Under the pieces are notes generated by a model. It was given only the letters and a program-made list of their open reading frames with translations. It made no database searches and was not told where the DNA came from. A DNA stretch of 64,000 bases from Escherichia phage JN02: the sequence record MT782071.1. One strand, written 5' to 3'. The position numbers were made by a program, and so were the translations under genes. How positions within the stretch are numbered: the first letter of the stretch is position 1; every line of letters begins with the position of its first letter. Shown here piece after piece: positions 44,858-55,073 of the stretch.

Positions 44858-45268
44858 CTACTTTTTCTTATGTTGGATATTCCAAGGCGGGTTGAACTTT
44901 TTGATAAAAAGCGGTTCTTCAAGGTCCATTGTTGCGATGGTCATTGAACCAAGTTCGTTGGTGACTGAAAGGTCAAAACATTGGCGGGCCCAGAATTCAA
45001 CCTTTTTGCCTTGCATTAAGGCATCCAAAATCATAAGTGATTTTCTTGAATCTGAAGTCTGGTCTTTTCGATTTATGGCTGTTCGATAATAGTTAATGCG
45101 TTTCTTTAAATTCTTGGTTTTACCAATATACACAAGTTCGTCATCTATAGCAATAGCGTATATGACATTTTTCTTATTAGGGACATCAACTGTTTTAATT
45201 GTTGCATCTTCTAATAGCTCCAATTCTGTATATTTAATAAAGGAATATTCGGCGGCAATATCTTTCAT
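44858..45268 (-). CDS. denA: endonuclease II (GIY-YIG family)
   Basis: 136 aa, same as T4 EndoII; GIY-YIG-like VIYAIAIDDELVYIGKT; position between rnlA and nrdB. Confidence 0.7.
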   Translation of the reverse strand: MKDIAAEYSFIKYTELELLEDATIKTVDVPNKKNVIYAIAIDDELVYIGKTKNLKKRINYYRTAINRKDQTSDSRKSLMILDALMQGKKVEFWARQCFDLSVTNELGSMTIATMDLEEPLFIKKFNPPWNIQHKKK

Positions 45269-45272
45269 AATA

Positions 45273-45290
45273 AAGTGGGACCGAAGTCCC
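45273..45290 (-). terminator. stem-loop GGGAC-UUCG-GUCCC between nrdB and denA
   Basis: 5-bp GC stem with UUCG loop on the minus transcript. Confidence 0.4.
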
Positions 45291-45294
45291 GTCC

Positions 45295-46473
45295 TTAGAA
45301 ATATTTTTTGTACGAATTGATTACATTTTGGTCTACATCATTATCAATTTGTGCGACAAGATAAGAACTGATTTCAACTTCCTGAGGAGCTGCTTGAACT
45401 AAATCGGAGTTCAGATATTCACGAATCCAAGGATACGGATGCTTGGTCGGAGCATCAGTGATTGGGCATGGCAAACCACACTGTTTCATACGAGACACAG
45501 TCAAGTAATCAACAAAAGCACACATACTCTGCGTATTGATACCTGGACATGTACCATCTTTAAAGAGGTGTGCAGCCCATTCCTTCTCTTGGCTATTTAC
45601 TTCCATAAAAATGTCAACTGCTTCTTGTTCACATTCTTTAGCAATTTGAACCCACTCATCACCATCAGTACCAGATTGAAGTTGACGGATAATGTACTGA
45701 GTACCCTTGAGGTGGAGTTGTTCGTCACGAGCAATGAACTTCATAATCTTTGCATTACCTTCCATAATTTCCATATTTTTATGGAAGTTGAAAGTACATG
45801 CAAATGATACGTAAAAACGAATAGCTTCCAAGGCGTTAATTACATGAAGGCAAAGATAAAGAGATTTCATTAGCTCACGCTTCCAATATGTCTCATGCTC
45901 AATAGCATCTTCAATAACGTCTTTGTCTGCATTAATTTCTTTTTGGTATTCGATATCAGCTTTAGCGTTTTCCCAATAACGAGTTTTAACCAGAACATCA
46001 TCGTAATATTTACCTATTGATTCAGCTCGTTTCATGATTGCTTCGTCTAATACAATCTCATCAAATACTTTGGATGGATCGGTATAAAGATTTCGCATAA
46101 TATGAGTATATGAACGAGAGTGAATAGTTTCACTGAATGTCCATGTTGCAACCCATGTATCTAATGAAGGGTCGGAAATCAGTGCCATAAGTACCGCAGA
46201 TGGGGCTCTGCCTTGGATAGAATCTAATAATGATTGATACTTAAGATTGTTTGTAAAGATGTCCTGTTGGAACTGAGGAAGCTTATTGAACTGCGCAGAG
46301 TCCAACATCAAGTTTACCTCTTCAGGGCGCCAGAAAAACGACAATTGCTTTTCAATAAGTTCTTCAAAAACTTTATGACGCTGAATATCATAACGTGCGA
46401 GGCCAAGACCAGAACCAAAGAACATCGGTTCATTCAAAACATCAACTTGTTGTGTGTTAAAAACTGTACTCAT
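45295..46473 (-). CDS. nrdB: ribonucleotide reductase small subunit (class Ia), intronless
   Basis: 392 aa continuous ORF (T4 NrdB about 388 aa after splicing); diiron and tyrosyl-radical family features; synteny. Confidence 0.93.
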   Translation of the reverse strand: MSTVFNTQQVDVLNEPMFFGSGLGLARYDIQRHKVFEELIEKQLSFFWRPEEVNLMLDSAQFNKLPQFQQDIFTNNLKYQSLLDSIQGRAPSAVLMALISDPSLDTWVATWTFSETIHSRSYTHIMRNLYTDPSKVFDEIVLDEAIMKRAESIGKYYDDVLVKTRYWENAKADIEYQKEINADKDVIEDAIEHETYWKRELMKSLYLCLHVINALEAIRFYVSFACTFNFHKNMEIMEGNAKIMKFIARDEQLHLKGTQYIIRQLQSGTDGDEWVQIAKECEQEAVDIFMEVNSQEKEWAAHLFKDGTCPGINTQSMCAFVDYLTVSRMKQCGLPCPITDAPTKHPYPWIREYLNSDLVQAAPQEVEISSYLVAQIDNDVDQNVINSYKKYF

Positions 46474-46526
46474 TATATTTTCTCACTTAGTTTAACTCAT
46501 CCATGAGTAAATTATAATCAAAAGTC

Positions 46527-48782
46527 TTAAAGCTTACAAGCAGAACAATCTTCAGCTTTAGGTGTTTCTAATTCATAGTCATCTGTACCAGACCCATCAC
46601 GAGTGTTATGATAGTAGAGGTTTTTTCCACCAAAGTACCAGAAGTAAAGTAGATCGTCAAGCATTACTGACATTGGCACTTTACCTTTCTCAAATACTGC
46701 AGGGTCATAGTAAGTATTAGCAGAAGCAGATTGGCACACCCATTTCAACATGATAGCAACTTGGGTCAAATAAGGTTTATTACCTTTCTTAGCAAGTTTC
46801 CACGCGTAGTCGTAAAGACCCATGTTATGTTCTATATTAGGAACAACCTGACGGAAGTTGCCTTCTTTAGATTCTTTAATACTCACTGGACCACGCGGCG
46901 GTTCAATCCCGTTTGTAGAGTTTGATACTTGACTGCTTGACTCACAAGGCATGAGTGCAGACAACGTTGAGTTACGAATTCCATGTTCTTTGAGTTCAGC
47001 TCGAAGTTCTTCCCAATCACATACGTAGTTCGGGGCTGCGATTTGGTCAATCTTTTTATTGTACCAGTCGATAGGTAATTCGCCTCTAGACCATTTAGTG
47101 TCTGAATAATACTCGCAACATCCTTTTTCTTTGGCGAGTTTGATTGAAGCTTTGATAAGGCCATATTGCAATCTCTCAAACAATTCATGAGTCAAATCGT
47201 TAGCGTCTTCATATGAAGCGAAGTTAGAAGCTAACCATGCAGCATAGTTCGTAACACCAACACCAAGATTACGACGCTTTTTGGCTTTTAAAGCTTCTGG
47301 AACCGGATAATCTTGATAGTCTAACAGATTATCAAGTGCACGTACTTGTACTTCAGCAAGTTCATTAATTTTATCTTGGTCTTGCCAATCAAATTTATCT
47401 AATACAAAAGCAGATAATGTGCATAAACCAATTTCAGCATCAGGACCATTCACATCATTAGTTGGAATAGCGATTTCACAACATAAGTTACTCTGACGAA
47501 TTGGAGCTTTTTCACGAATAAACGGAGTGTAGTTATTCGTGTTATCAACAAACTGTGGATAAATTCGAGCAGTACCAGAGCGTTCAGTCATGAACAATTC
47601 AAAGAGTTCTAGTGCTTTGATTCTTTTCTTTCTGATTGTTGGGTCTTTTTCAGCTTTCTCATAAAGCTCACGGAATTTATCTTGATCTTCAAAGAACGAG
47701 TAATATAGTTCGCCTGACATTTCGTGAGGGCTAAATAAAGTAATATAATCATTTTTGCCAAGGCGTTCCATCATGAGGTCATTAATCTGAATTCCATAGT
47801 CCATATGTCGAATACGGTTTTCATCCACGCCTTTGTTATTTTTCAGAACTAATAGGTTCTCTACTTCTAAGTGCCACATCGGATAATACGCTGTAGCAGC
47901 ACCACCACGAATACCACCTTGAGAACAAGATTTTACTGCAGTTTGGAAATGTTTCCAGAATGGAATAACACCCGTATGTCGAACTTCACCCATACCGATC
48001 TTAGAACCTTCTGCACGAAGCATACCAACGTTGATACCAATACCAGCTCGTTTAGAAATATATTCAATAATTGATGCTGAAGTTTTGTTAATAGATTTTA
48101 ACGAATCACCGGCTTCAATAACTACACAACTAGAGAACTGGCGAGTTGGAGTACGAGCACCTGCCATAATTGGGGTTGGCAATGAAACTTGATGAGTAGA
48201 AACGGCATCATAAAAACGAATAATATGTTTCAAACGGTCATGAGTTTCGTTTTGGTGTAAGGCCATGCCAATAGCCATGATAGCAAACTGGGGAGTTTCA
48301 TAAATCTTCCCAGTTGTTTTATCTTTAACTAGATATTTTTCTTTAAGCTGCATAGCACCAGCATAAGTCAGGTCAAAGTCTCGTTCATGTTTAATCTGTG
48401 AATCGAGATAAATGATTTCTTCTGCTGAATATTGAGACAACAGCTCAGGGTCATATTTGCCTTCATTAACACAATAAGAAATATGGTCGATAAAAGCAGG
48501 CGGTTCAAACTGCCCATATACATCTTTACGAAGTGCAAACATTAGCCCTTTGGCGGCGACATACTGATAATCAGGTTCTTCGACAGAAATCGAGTTAGCT
48601 GCAACTTTAATACAAATCTTCTGGATATCTTTGGTGCTCATCCCGTCAACAAGATGGGTCTTAATTTCTTCGTACAATTCATATGGGTCAATTTGTGTTC
48701 CTTCACATTGCCAGGTCAGAACTTGGATAATTTTCTGTGCATCAAAATTTTGGGATACGCCACTGCTCTTAGTTACTTGCAT
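46527..48782 (-). CDS. nrdA: ribonucleotide reductase large subunit (class Ia)
   Basis: 751 aa (T4 NrdA 754 aa); C-terminal CSACKL-type tail; synteny. Confidence 0.95.
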   Translation of the reverse strand: MQVTKSSGVSQNFDAQKIIQVLTWQCEGTQIDPYELYEEIKTHLVDGMSTKDIQKICIKVAANSISVEEPDYQYVAAKGLMFALRKDVYGQFEPPAFIDHISYCVNEGKYDPELLSQYSAEEIIYLDSQIKHERDFDLTYAGAMQLKEKYLVKDKTTGKIYETPQFAIMAIGMALHQNETHDRLKHIIRFYDAVSTHQVSLPTPIMAGARTPTRQFSSCVVIEAGDSLKSINKTSASIIEYISKRAGIGINVGMLRAEGSKIGMGEVRHTGVIPFWKHFQTAVKSCSQGGIRGGAATAYYPMWHLEVENLLVLKNNKGVDENRIRHMDYGIQINDLMMERLGKNDYITLFSPHEMSGELYYSFFEDQDKFRELYEKAEKDPTIRKKRIKALELFELFMTERSGTARIYPQFVDNTNNYTPFIREKAPIRQSNLCCEIAIPTNDVNGPDAEIGLCTLSAFVLDKFDWQDQDKINELAEVQVRALDNLLDYQDYPVPEALKAKKRRNLGVGVTNYAAWLASNFASYEDANDLTHELFERLQYGLIKASIKLAKEKGCCEYYSDTKWSRGELPIDWYNKKIDQIAAPNYVCDWEELRAELKEHGIRNSTLSALMPCESSSQVSNSTNGIEPPRGPVSIKESKEGNFRQVVPNIEHNMGLYDYAWKLAKKGNKPYLTQVAIMLKWVCQSASANTYYDPAVFEKGKVPMSVMLDDLLYFWYFGGKNLYYHNTRDGSGTDDYELETPKAEDCSACKL

Positions 48783-49078
48783 ATGTCCTCTATATTAAAT
48801 TCGTCTTTAAAAAGTTTATTAACCACTAGAGCTATTATATCACCATGACAGGCTTTTGGTTTACATGTGCATCCCAGACGCATACCACGTAAAGGTTCTA
48901 GATGAGCTTTTGTGATTTCTCCACACTTAATTCTCTTAATAAAATCCTTTTTGAAAAGCTCAATAGCTTCTTCTCGGGAAGAGGCATCCTTGCCTACATA
49001 ATTTCCCCAGAATGTGCCACGATGAATATTAACATCAAAATCGGATTTATATTTATTCACAACGCGGCACATTTTCAT
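48773..49078 (-). CDS. hypothetical Cys-rich protein (101 aa; nrdA.1 position)
   Basis: CGE...GCTCKPKACHGD motif; 10-nt overlap with the nrdA start. Confidence 0.5.
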   Translation of the reverse strand: MKMCRVVNKYKSDFDVNIHRGTFWGNYVGKDASSREEAIELFKKDFIKRIKCGEITKAHLEPLRGMRLGCTCKPKACHGDIIALVVNKLFKDEFNIEDICK

Positions 49079-49332
49079 TACATGTCCTCTGCAATAATTT
49101 CTTCGTATTCTTTAGGAGTCAAGACCGTGATATTAAAATAAACCAACGGTTCTTTTTCTATACCGAATCCACCACAGAATTCACGGTATTCATAAATTCG
49201 TTCATGTGAATAACAAATGAATCGTTCACCTTTAACTGTGATTTCACTATTTGGTGAAGGGATATCCAGTTCACTTGGATTTTTCATTTCAAAAATTGTG
49301 GTGCCATATGAATTAATAAAACGTAAAATCAT
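49078..49332 (-). CDS. hypothetical protein (84 aa)
   Basis: ORF coupled between td and the upstream gene. Confidence 0.45.
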   Translation of the reverse strand: MILRFINSYGTTIFEMKNPSELDIPSPNSEITVKGERFICYSHERIYEYREFCGGFGIEKEPLVYFNITVLTPKEYEEIIAEDM

Positions 49333-49333
49333 T

Positions 49334-50194
49334 TTATACCGCCATTTTAGCTTTGATAGCTGGATGAGATTCGTAATTTTTAAGAACGAAATCAGAATGT
49401 GTCATCGTTCCAGTAACCCAGTCCATTTGGATTTTTGTAGGCCAATTCTCAAAATTACTAGGCCAATTAATTTCAAGAGAACACAACTCTTTAGGTTCAC
49501 GACGAAGAACTTCTTTGCATTGTTCTACATGATTGCTGTAGATATGCGTGTTGCCGCCTGAGAACACTAAATCACCCGGGATAAGGTTACACATCTTCGC
49601 TACAATATGCGTCAAGGCAGCGTACGAGGCAATGTTGAACGGCAAACCCAAGAAAACATCAACACTTCTCTGGTACCATTGTAAATCAAGATGTCCATTA
49701 CGCACATTGAACTGATAGAACATATGGCAAGGAGGAAGAGCCATTTGATTTATTTCAGCTGGATTCCAGGCAGAAACAATTTGACGACGATCAGTTGGTA
49801 ATTTTTTAATACGGTCGATTGTTTCAACTAATTGGTCTACACCACCAAAATCACGCCATTGTTTACCATATATAGGACCAAGTTCACCGCTATGGTACCC
49901 AAGGTCTTTTGCCTGATTTTCGTAATTATCGTCCCAAATAGTTTTACCTTCAATTAGACTACCATGGGTACGAAGACGTAATTCGTTAACATTAGTAGAA
50001 CCGGACATGAACCACAGTAGTTCGGCAATACAAGCTTTCCATGCTAATTTCTTAGTTGTTACCGCAGGGAATCCTTTAGTCAGATCCCAACGTAATTTAG
50101 TTCCGAACAGGGCAATAGTGCCGGTACCTGTACGGTCGTCTGTTTCGTAGCCATTTTCTAAGATATCTTTAATCAGGTATTGGTATTGTTTCAT
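49334..50194 (-). CDS. td: thymidylate synthase, intronless
   Basis: 286 aa continuous, same as spliced T4 TS; active-site region ALPPCH. Confidence 0.97.
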   Translation of the reverse strand: MKQYQYLIKDILENGYETDDRTGTGTIALFGTKLRWDLTKGFPAVTTKKLAWKACIAELLWFMSGSTNVNELRLRTHGSLIEGKTIWDDNYENQAKDLGYHSGELGPIYGKQWRDFGGVDQLVETIDRIKKLPTDRRQIVSAWNPAEINQMALPPCHMFYQFNVRNGHLDLQWYQRSVDVFLGLPFNIASYAALTHIVAKMCNLIPGDLVFSGGNTHIYSNHVEQCKEVLRREPKELCSLEINWPSNFENWPTKIQMDWVTGTMTHSDFVLKNYESHPAIKAKMAV

Positions 50195-50778
50195 TTATAA
50201 ACGCTCTCGGTAATTTCGGTGAGTTCATCGATTCTGTAGTAATGAGATTCTACCATAGAACGTTGAAGCATAATATCTTGGACGAAATCTTTATCAAGTT
50301 GAACATCGGAATTAACACGAGATTTCTTAATGATTTTAGTCATCACGATTTCATCGGCATAAGGCAGTGCTTGTTTTAATAATGCAGGACCGCCAATAAC
50401 CGAGACATCAACATGTTCAGTAGAAAGTTTAAACGGTACATCAGTTGCAGGGCTAAACAGGTTAATTTCACCACCTGTTACCAAGGTAATAAATTCAGAT
50501 TGGGTGATATAGAACCGTGCAAGTTCGTTGGTTTTAGTCCTAGGCAGTTTTCTGGCCATATCAGTGACAACCACATGAGTACGATCTGGGAGTAGACGAG
50601 GTAATGATGCAAAAGTCTTAGCACCCATAACCATTACAGTGTTTTTAGTGCGAGCAACAAAGTTACTCATATCTTGTTTGATATGCTTCCATGGAAGTCC
50701 ATCACCTAATCCAAAAGCATATTCCAGTTTATCATCAACTGTTTTAGACGGTGCGCATGCGAATACTAATTTAAGCAT
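50191..50778 (-). CDS. frd: dihydrofolate reductase
   Basis: 195 aa; LEYAFGLGDGLPW and VIGGPALL motifs; 4-nt overlap with td. Confidence 0.95.
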   Translation of the reverse strand: MLKLVFACAPSKTVDDKLEYAFGLGDGLPWKHIKQDMSNFVARTKNTVMVMGAKTFASLPRLLPDRTHVVVTDMARKLPRTKTNELARFYITQSEFITLVTGGEINLFSPATDVPFKLSTEHVDVSVIGGPALLKQALPYADEIVMTKIIKKSRVNSDVQLDKDFVQDIMLQRSMVESHYYRIDELTEITESVYK

Positions 50779-50780
50779 TT

Positions 50781-51044
50781 TTATTTCCTCAGATTTTTCT
50801 TAACAACTTTCCAATCAGCTTTAAATGATTCAACATCAGAGTGGTGAATCCAGAATCCTGCGCTTTCACCATCTTCGTAGAGTGGACATCCATCACATTC
50901 TTCGTTCCAACCCATTTCACGTAAAGCTTCTTCAGCTTGTTCAAGGAGTTCAGCGTCTTTACCGACGATGTTGAAGTACCATTTACCTCTAACTTCAGAA
51001 TCTTTGATGCTCTGGCGTTGCAATCTCATTTTATTCTCCTTCAC
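50781..51044 (-). CDS. hypothetical protein (87 aa; frd.1 position)
   Basis: AAGGAGAA RBS; early-like promoter upstream. Confidence 0.5.
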   Translation of the reverse strand: MKENKMRLQRQSIKDSEVRGKWYFNIVGKDAELLEQAEEALREMGWNEECDGCPLYEDGESAGFWIHHSDVESFKADWKVVKKNLRK

Positions 51045-51090
51045 TTTTATTTGATAGGGCTACTATAACATAACCCTATCTTGTTATAAA

Positions 51091-51484
51091 CTACTTTTTA
51101 AAAGTTTTTTGCAAAAGTTCGATGATTTCGTCGACGTTGGTTTCATCTACGATACAATGGATTTTTGTTACACCTAAAGTTACACCTTCGTTAGTAGGTT
51201 GAGGCTTTACTAAATCTACCTCAGTAAAGTATTTGAACTCATCATAATAAATCTCAAAATAAGTTTCAATTTCACCACCGGCAGAACATACAGTACCGTC
51301 TTCCATAGTTACACTTACTACGTTTGGCGTATCGCTGTCATAATCAGGTTCCATTCCATTTACAACAAAACTAGGCCCATGGAGTTCAATCAATTTTAAC
51401 ATCTTAGCGTTATTGTGTGGTGCTTCTTGAACAAAGTCGTCTTTAAATAAAGGGTTAATGATATAAGATTTTCCGATTTTCATT
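51091..51484 (-). CDS. hypothetical protein (about 131 aa from internal ATG; frd.2 position)
   Basis: GAGGA RBS before MKIGKSYIINPLF; the longer track ORF would overlap the upstream gene by 89 nt. Confidence 0.5.
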
Positions 51485-51493
51485 TTGATTTCC

Positions 51494-51745
51494 TCATTTG
51501 TTGATGTGTTGTAATAAAGATTCTGCAAACGTCTCATATGATTCCAGGTGTTCTTCTTTAATGCGAACTGCATGATTATCACCCGAAGAATAGAACATCT
51601 GTACGATAAGAGCTTCGTAATCAGACGAAATACATGCTACGTTTTCCGGCTTCAGGCATTCATTGTATGTCGCAAGTGGGTCAGTGAAAGCTGCAACGTT
51701 TTTGCTACCGCAGTAATCCATACTTCTTTGAATAATAAAAATCAT
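51494..51745 (-). CDS. hypothetical protein (83 aa; frd.3 position)
   Basis: GAGAGGAAA RBS; early promoter upstream. Confidence 0.5.
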   Translation of the reverse strand: MIFIIQRSMDYCGSKNVAAFTDPLATYNECLKPENVACISSDYEALIVQMFYSSGDNHAVRIKEEHLESYETFAESLLQHINK

Positions 51746-51775
51746 TTTATTTTCCTCTCATTTGTTGATAAGTCT

Positions 51776-51804
51776 ATAGTATCATGTTTAAAGGAAAAGT
51801 AAAC
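51776..51804 (-). promoter_or_regulatory. T4 early-type promoter (GTTTAC, 17 nt, TGaTACTAT)
   Basis: Minus-strand tGTTTACttttcctttaaacatgaTACTATagac. Confidence 0.55.
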
Positions 51805-51835
51805 AACTTTTTTGGCAATTTACAGATACTCAAAA

Positions 51836-51853
51836 GGGAGACCGAAGTCTCCC
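51836..51853 (-). terminator. gene 32 terminator GGGAGAC-UUCG-GUCUCCC + U-run
   Basis: Perfect hairpin about 7 nt after the gene 32 stop on the minus transcript. Confidence 0.75.
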
Positions 51854-51859
51854 GATTTA

Positions 51860-52762
51860 TTATAGACCAGCTAACAGGTCATCTAGGTCGCCATCATCAG
51901 AGGATGAGGTAGAGCTCATGAAGTCATCTTCAGTTTTTGCAGAACTAAAGGCTTCCATGTCTTTATCAAAATCGTCGAGGTCAGAAGCAACTTTATCTGC
52001 AACAGAAGCTGCGGCAGCTGCTGCACCGCCCAGAGCGGCAGTACCAAGAACCTTAGCGAAAGATTCATTTAATTTTTCAAAGGATTTGAACTGGTCTTTA
52101 GCCGTCAAAGTAGTAAGGTCTACCATCTGGTCATATAGTTCTTTCTGGAATGCTTCGTCATTAATACGAGGAATTTCAGATTGACCCAAGAATTTAGATT
52201 CGTCATAGTTGCTAAAACCGGAAACCTGCTTAGCTTTCAGAACGAAGTTAGCACCTTCAAACGGGCAAGTAACATCAACCGGAGTTTCACCCATTTCGGT
52301 ATCAACTGCAATCATTGCATTGATTTTGTCCCAAATCTTTTTACCGAAACGATATTTAAATACTTTACCTTCGTTATCTGGAGCTTGAGGATCTTTAACA
52401 ACCAGAATATTAGCCCAATAAGAAGTTTTACGTTTCAGTTGAGAATATTCAGTTTTGTTGGTATTGTACAGGTCATTTTTGATAATGTACTGACATACAG
52501 GACAAGAGTCATAATCACCATGTGTAGAAGAGCAATTTTCAATATACCATTTACCATTTTTCTTGAAACCGTGGTTAACAAGAATTGCAAATGGTAGTGC
52601 ATCATCAGTTTTTGCTGGCAAGAAACGAATTACCGCTTGACCATTACCAGATGCATCTAGCTTCAGCTTCCATTCGCCTTTATCTTCTGAAGAGAAACCT
52701 TTGTTACCATTCAGTTTAGCCATTTGAGCAGCGAGGTCAGCAGTAGATTTACGTTTAAACAT
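51860..52762 (-). CDS. 32: single-stranded DNA-binding protein gp32
   Basis: 300 aa (T4 gp32 301 aa); N-terminus [36 protein letters not shown] matches T4; zinc-binding Cys/His cluster (C...H...CPVC); acidic C-terminus. Confidence 0.97.
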   Translation of the reverse strand: MFKRKSTADLAAQMAKLNGNKGFSSEDKGEWKLKLDASGNGQAVIRFLPAKTDDALPFAILVNHGFKKNGKWYIENCSSTHGDYDSCPVCQYIIKNDLYNTNKTEYSQLKRKTSYWANILVVKDPQAPDNEGKVFKYRFGKKIWDKINAMIAVDTEMGETPVDVTCPFEGANFVLKAKQVSGFSNYDESKFLGQSEIPRINDEAFQKELYDQMVDLTTLTAKDQFKSFEKLNESFAKVLGTAALGGAAAAAASVADKVASDLDDFDKDMEAFSSAKTEDDFMSSTSSSDDGDLDDLLAGL

Positions 52763-52851
52763 GGATTATTACCTTTTATTTAGATTATTTAATTTATTTA
52801 CAGTTGGTTGCTACGACACTTATACCTCGTAGCTGGTATGATTTATTTATA
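52763..52851 (-). promoter_or_regulatory. gene 32 leader: late promoter TATAAATA, 7-bp hairpin (candidate pseudoknot), then about 45-nt A/U-rich tract (translational operator)
   Basis: Minus-strand TATAAATA at about 52844-52851; GCUACGA...UCGUAGC stem at about 52810-52833; AU-only stretch up to the ATG. Confidence 0.5.
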
Positions 52852-52880
52852 AAGTAATTTTAACACACAAGAAATAAAGC

Positions 52881-53534
52881 TTAATACTTACATGATTTGA
52901 TTGTTTCTATGAACAATTTCTTAGCAGCATTTCCATCGATTTGAAGTATTTTTCGATATGCCTTTAATTTGGTAGAATAATTTTGCCAGACTAAATTGTC
53001 AGTAAGTTCATCATGCTTATCTATAATATTCAAAAATGAGTCCAACAATAAGAAAGTCTCAAATGAAATTATATTGCTTTGTAGCAATTTGAATATGTAG
53101 CTCGACTGAACGTTGTTATTATAATCAAATATCTCTTGAAGCGCACTAACTTCAACTTTCTTACTGAAATAGTAGATGTTACGTACATCTTCAGCAAACG
53201 TCTCCTTGGCTTGTTTGAGACGTCCAATATATTCCCTATAGAAAACTAATGCATCAGCGTCTGATATCTCACCAATCCATGCGTCTTGGTTAGCAACTAA
53301 GTTGCTTATGAATATCAAGGTGAGTTCCTTCAATTTATATTTCTCTGCTAGTTTTTCAAAGAAATATTTATCTCGGCGTTTTTGATACGCATTATCCGAA
53401 ACACGCATGCACCAGTTATATTTGATTACGTCATACCGACCATTAAAATGTTGTTTGCACATCAAGTATAGTTTGTATACCGATTTTCCGTTAATATAAC
53501 GTTCTCCATCAGGAGGCATGCGTATTTTAATCAT
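52881..53534 (-). CDS. 59: helicase loader gp59
   Basis: 217 aa, same as T4 gp59; synteny. Confidence 0.93.
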   Translation of the reverse strand: MIKIRMPPDGERYINGKSVYKLYLMCKQHFNGRYDVIKYNWCMRVSDNAYQKRRDKYFFEKLAEKYKLKELTLIFISNLVANQDAWIGEISDADALVFYREYIGRLKQAKETFAEDVRNIYYFSKKVEVSALQEIFDYNNNVQSSYIFKLLQSNIISFETFLLLDSFLNIIDKHDELTDNLVWQNYSTKLKAYRKILQIDGNAAKKLFIETIKSCKY

Positions 53535-53869
53535 AATAAGAAATCTAACGTATTAGTTTTTTCACCACGAGCAACTGATGGACGAAGCATGTTTTCGTCA
53601 ATTGCTTCGCTTGTAATTTTTTCAACAATTCCGGTAGGAATAAATTTAGCAAATTGTGTTTCTGGAATAGAATTTTCTTCCAAGAAAGCAGTTGTTGCTT
53701 CTAAATAAGACATACCAAATTGTTCAACCATGGATTCGATAATGAATCCATTTTCTTGTCGGTCAAGCAATTTAGCGATATCATCTTTATCGTGTTTTAC
53801 TGCTAATTCTTGTTCAGATAAACCGGCCTCATCAACCGGTTTAATATCACTTAGTGAAAACTGTGTCAT
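53531..53869 (-). CDS. 33: late transcription accessory protein gp33
   Basis: 112 aa, same as T4 gp33; synteny. Confidence 0.93.
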   Translation of the reverse strand: MTQFSLSDIKPVDEAGLSEQELAVKHDKDDIAKLLDRQENGFIIESMVEQFGMSYLEATTAFLEENSIPETQFAKFIPTGIVEKITSEAIDENMLRPSVARGEKTNTLDFLL

Positions 53870-54116
53870 AAAGCTCGACTACCTCTTCGTTTTCAGCTTC
53901 AAATTGGTCACGAGCGTCTTTATGATAAAGAGCTAACAAACGATTAAACATTTTTCCATCGACGCCAAGCTCTTCTTTAGCACGAGTACGAATGTCTTTA
54001 ATCAGTTCATTATAACCAGAAATTTTAAGTTTGTTATCGGAAGCTTCCTTGACTAGTTTAGCCAGTTCTTCACCATGCACATCTTGATTAAATTCAACTG
54101 CTTCTTTCTTAGCCAT
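53847..54116 (-). CDS. dsbA: double-stranded DNA-binding protein DsbA (from internal ATG)
   Basis: 89 aa from MAKKEAVEF..., same as T4 DsbA; position between rnh and 33. Confidence 0.8.
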   Translation of the reverse strand: MAKKEAVEFNQDVHGEELAKLVKEASDNKLKISGYNELIKDIRTRAKEELGVDGKMFNRLLALYHKDARDQFEAENEEVVELYDTVFTK

Positions 54117-54123
54117 GTTTACC

Positions 54124-55041
54124 TCAGAATTCATTAATTACACTTGTTAATTTAGAAAGACCGGATTTTACAAAGTATGAATAAATCTTGCCTTTAGGTT
54201 GTGGTTTATATGAGTTATAATACTCTATAATGGTTGAAGCAATATTATCAGGGATATAATCAAAATCAATGAGAACCAAATTTTCTTGATACCGTTTATA
54301 TTCTTCAGCACTTAATAATACTTCAGCTTGAGAACGGTCGTTAGCAATTGCTTCAATAATTGATGTTTTCATGCTCGGAGTTCGTTCACCATCAACTCTG
54401 GTAAACCAGAAGTCGCCACGAACTCGAACAGATGCAACACCATCCTTACGGTCACCTTTAAGAATTTTAGTCATGCAATCAATTTCGGCAGAACCGTTCT
54501 TAATTTTAACCCATTTTTTCTGTGGTGGTGACCACTGTTTAACGTTAGGATATTTATGTAATTGTGTAAAGTCACCATCTGATGCAACAATACATACCTT
54601 ATGTCCAGCTAATGACAAATATTTGGTTAATACACCGATATGGTCATCCGCTTCATACTTGTCAATATCCATTACAACGTATGGCATGTATTTCTTAATC
54701 TCATCAACAACTTGACGGAGTGCAGTAAAATATCCTTCCCAATCCCACTTTGAAGCTTCACGATCGGTTTTACGATTTTTCTTGTAATAGTAAGCAAAGT
54801 CACGTCGCCAATAACCTGAAGTAGCATTATCCATACACAATACAAATTTTGTATAGCCTTGCTTACGGAACATCACTACGTTTTTACGAATTGAATTCAA
54901 GATTACATGGCGAACCATCGGAACAGTAATTTTATCGCCGTCTTCAAAGTTGTTTAATGCGGCTGCCAATGCAATGTTACTAAAGTCGGCAAGTGCAATA
55001 CCTTCTTTGTAATCTTCATCCAACATCATTTCTAAATCCAT
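54124..55041 (-). CDS. rnh: RNase H (5'-3' exonuclease / flap endonuclease)
   Basis: 305 aa, same as T4 RNase H; FEN-family acidic motifs; synteny. Confidence 0.95.
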   Translation of the reverse strand: MDLEMMLDEDYKEGIALADFSNIALAAALNNFEDGDKITVPMVRHVILNSIRKNVVMFRKQGYTKFVLCMDNATSGYWRRDFAYYYKKNRKTDREASKWDWEGYFTALRQVVDEIKKYMPYVVMDIDKYEADDHIGVLTKYLSLAGHKVCIVASDGDFTQLHKYPNVKQWSPPQKKWVKIKNGSAEIDCMTKILKGDRKDGVASVRVRGDFWFTRVDGERTPSMKTSIIEAIANDRSQAEVLLSAEEYKRYQENLVLIDFDYIPDNIASTIIEYYNSYKPQPKGKIYSYFVKSGLSKLTSVINEF

Positions 55042-55073
55042 ATGAACCTCTTGTTCAGTTAGTCAACTTGTCT

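Noticed and set aside
44821-44858. Possible early promoter upstream of rnlA (GTTTAC at about 44853-44858)
   Set aside because: A -35-like element is present but there is no acceptable -10 hexamer at 16-18 nt spacing; left unannotated.
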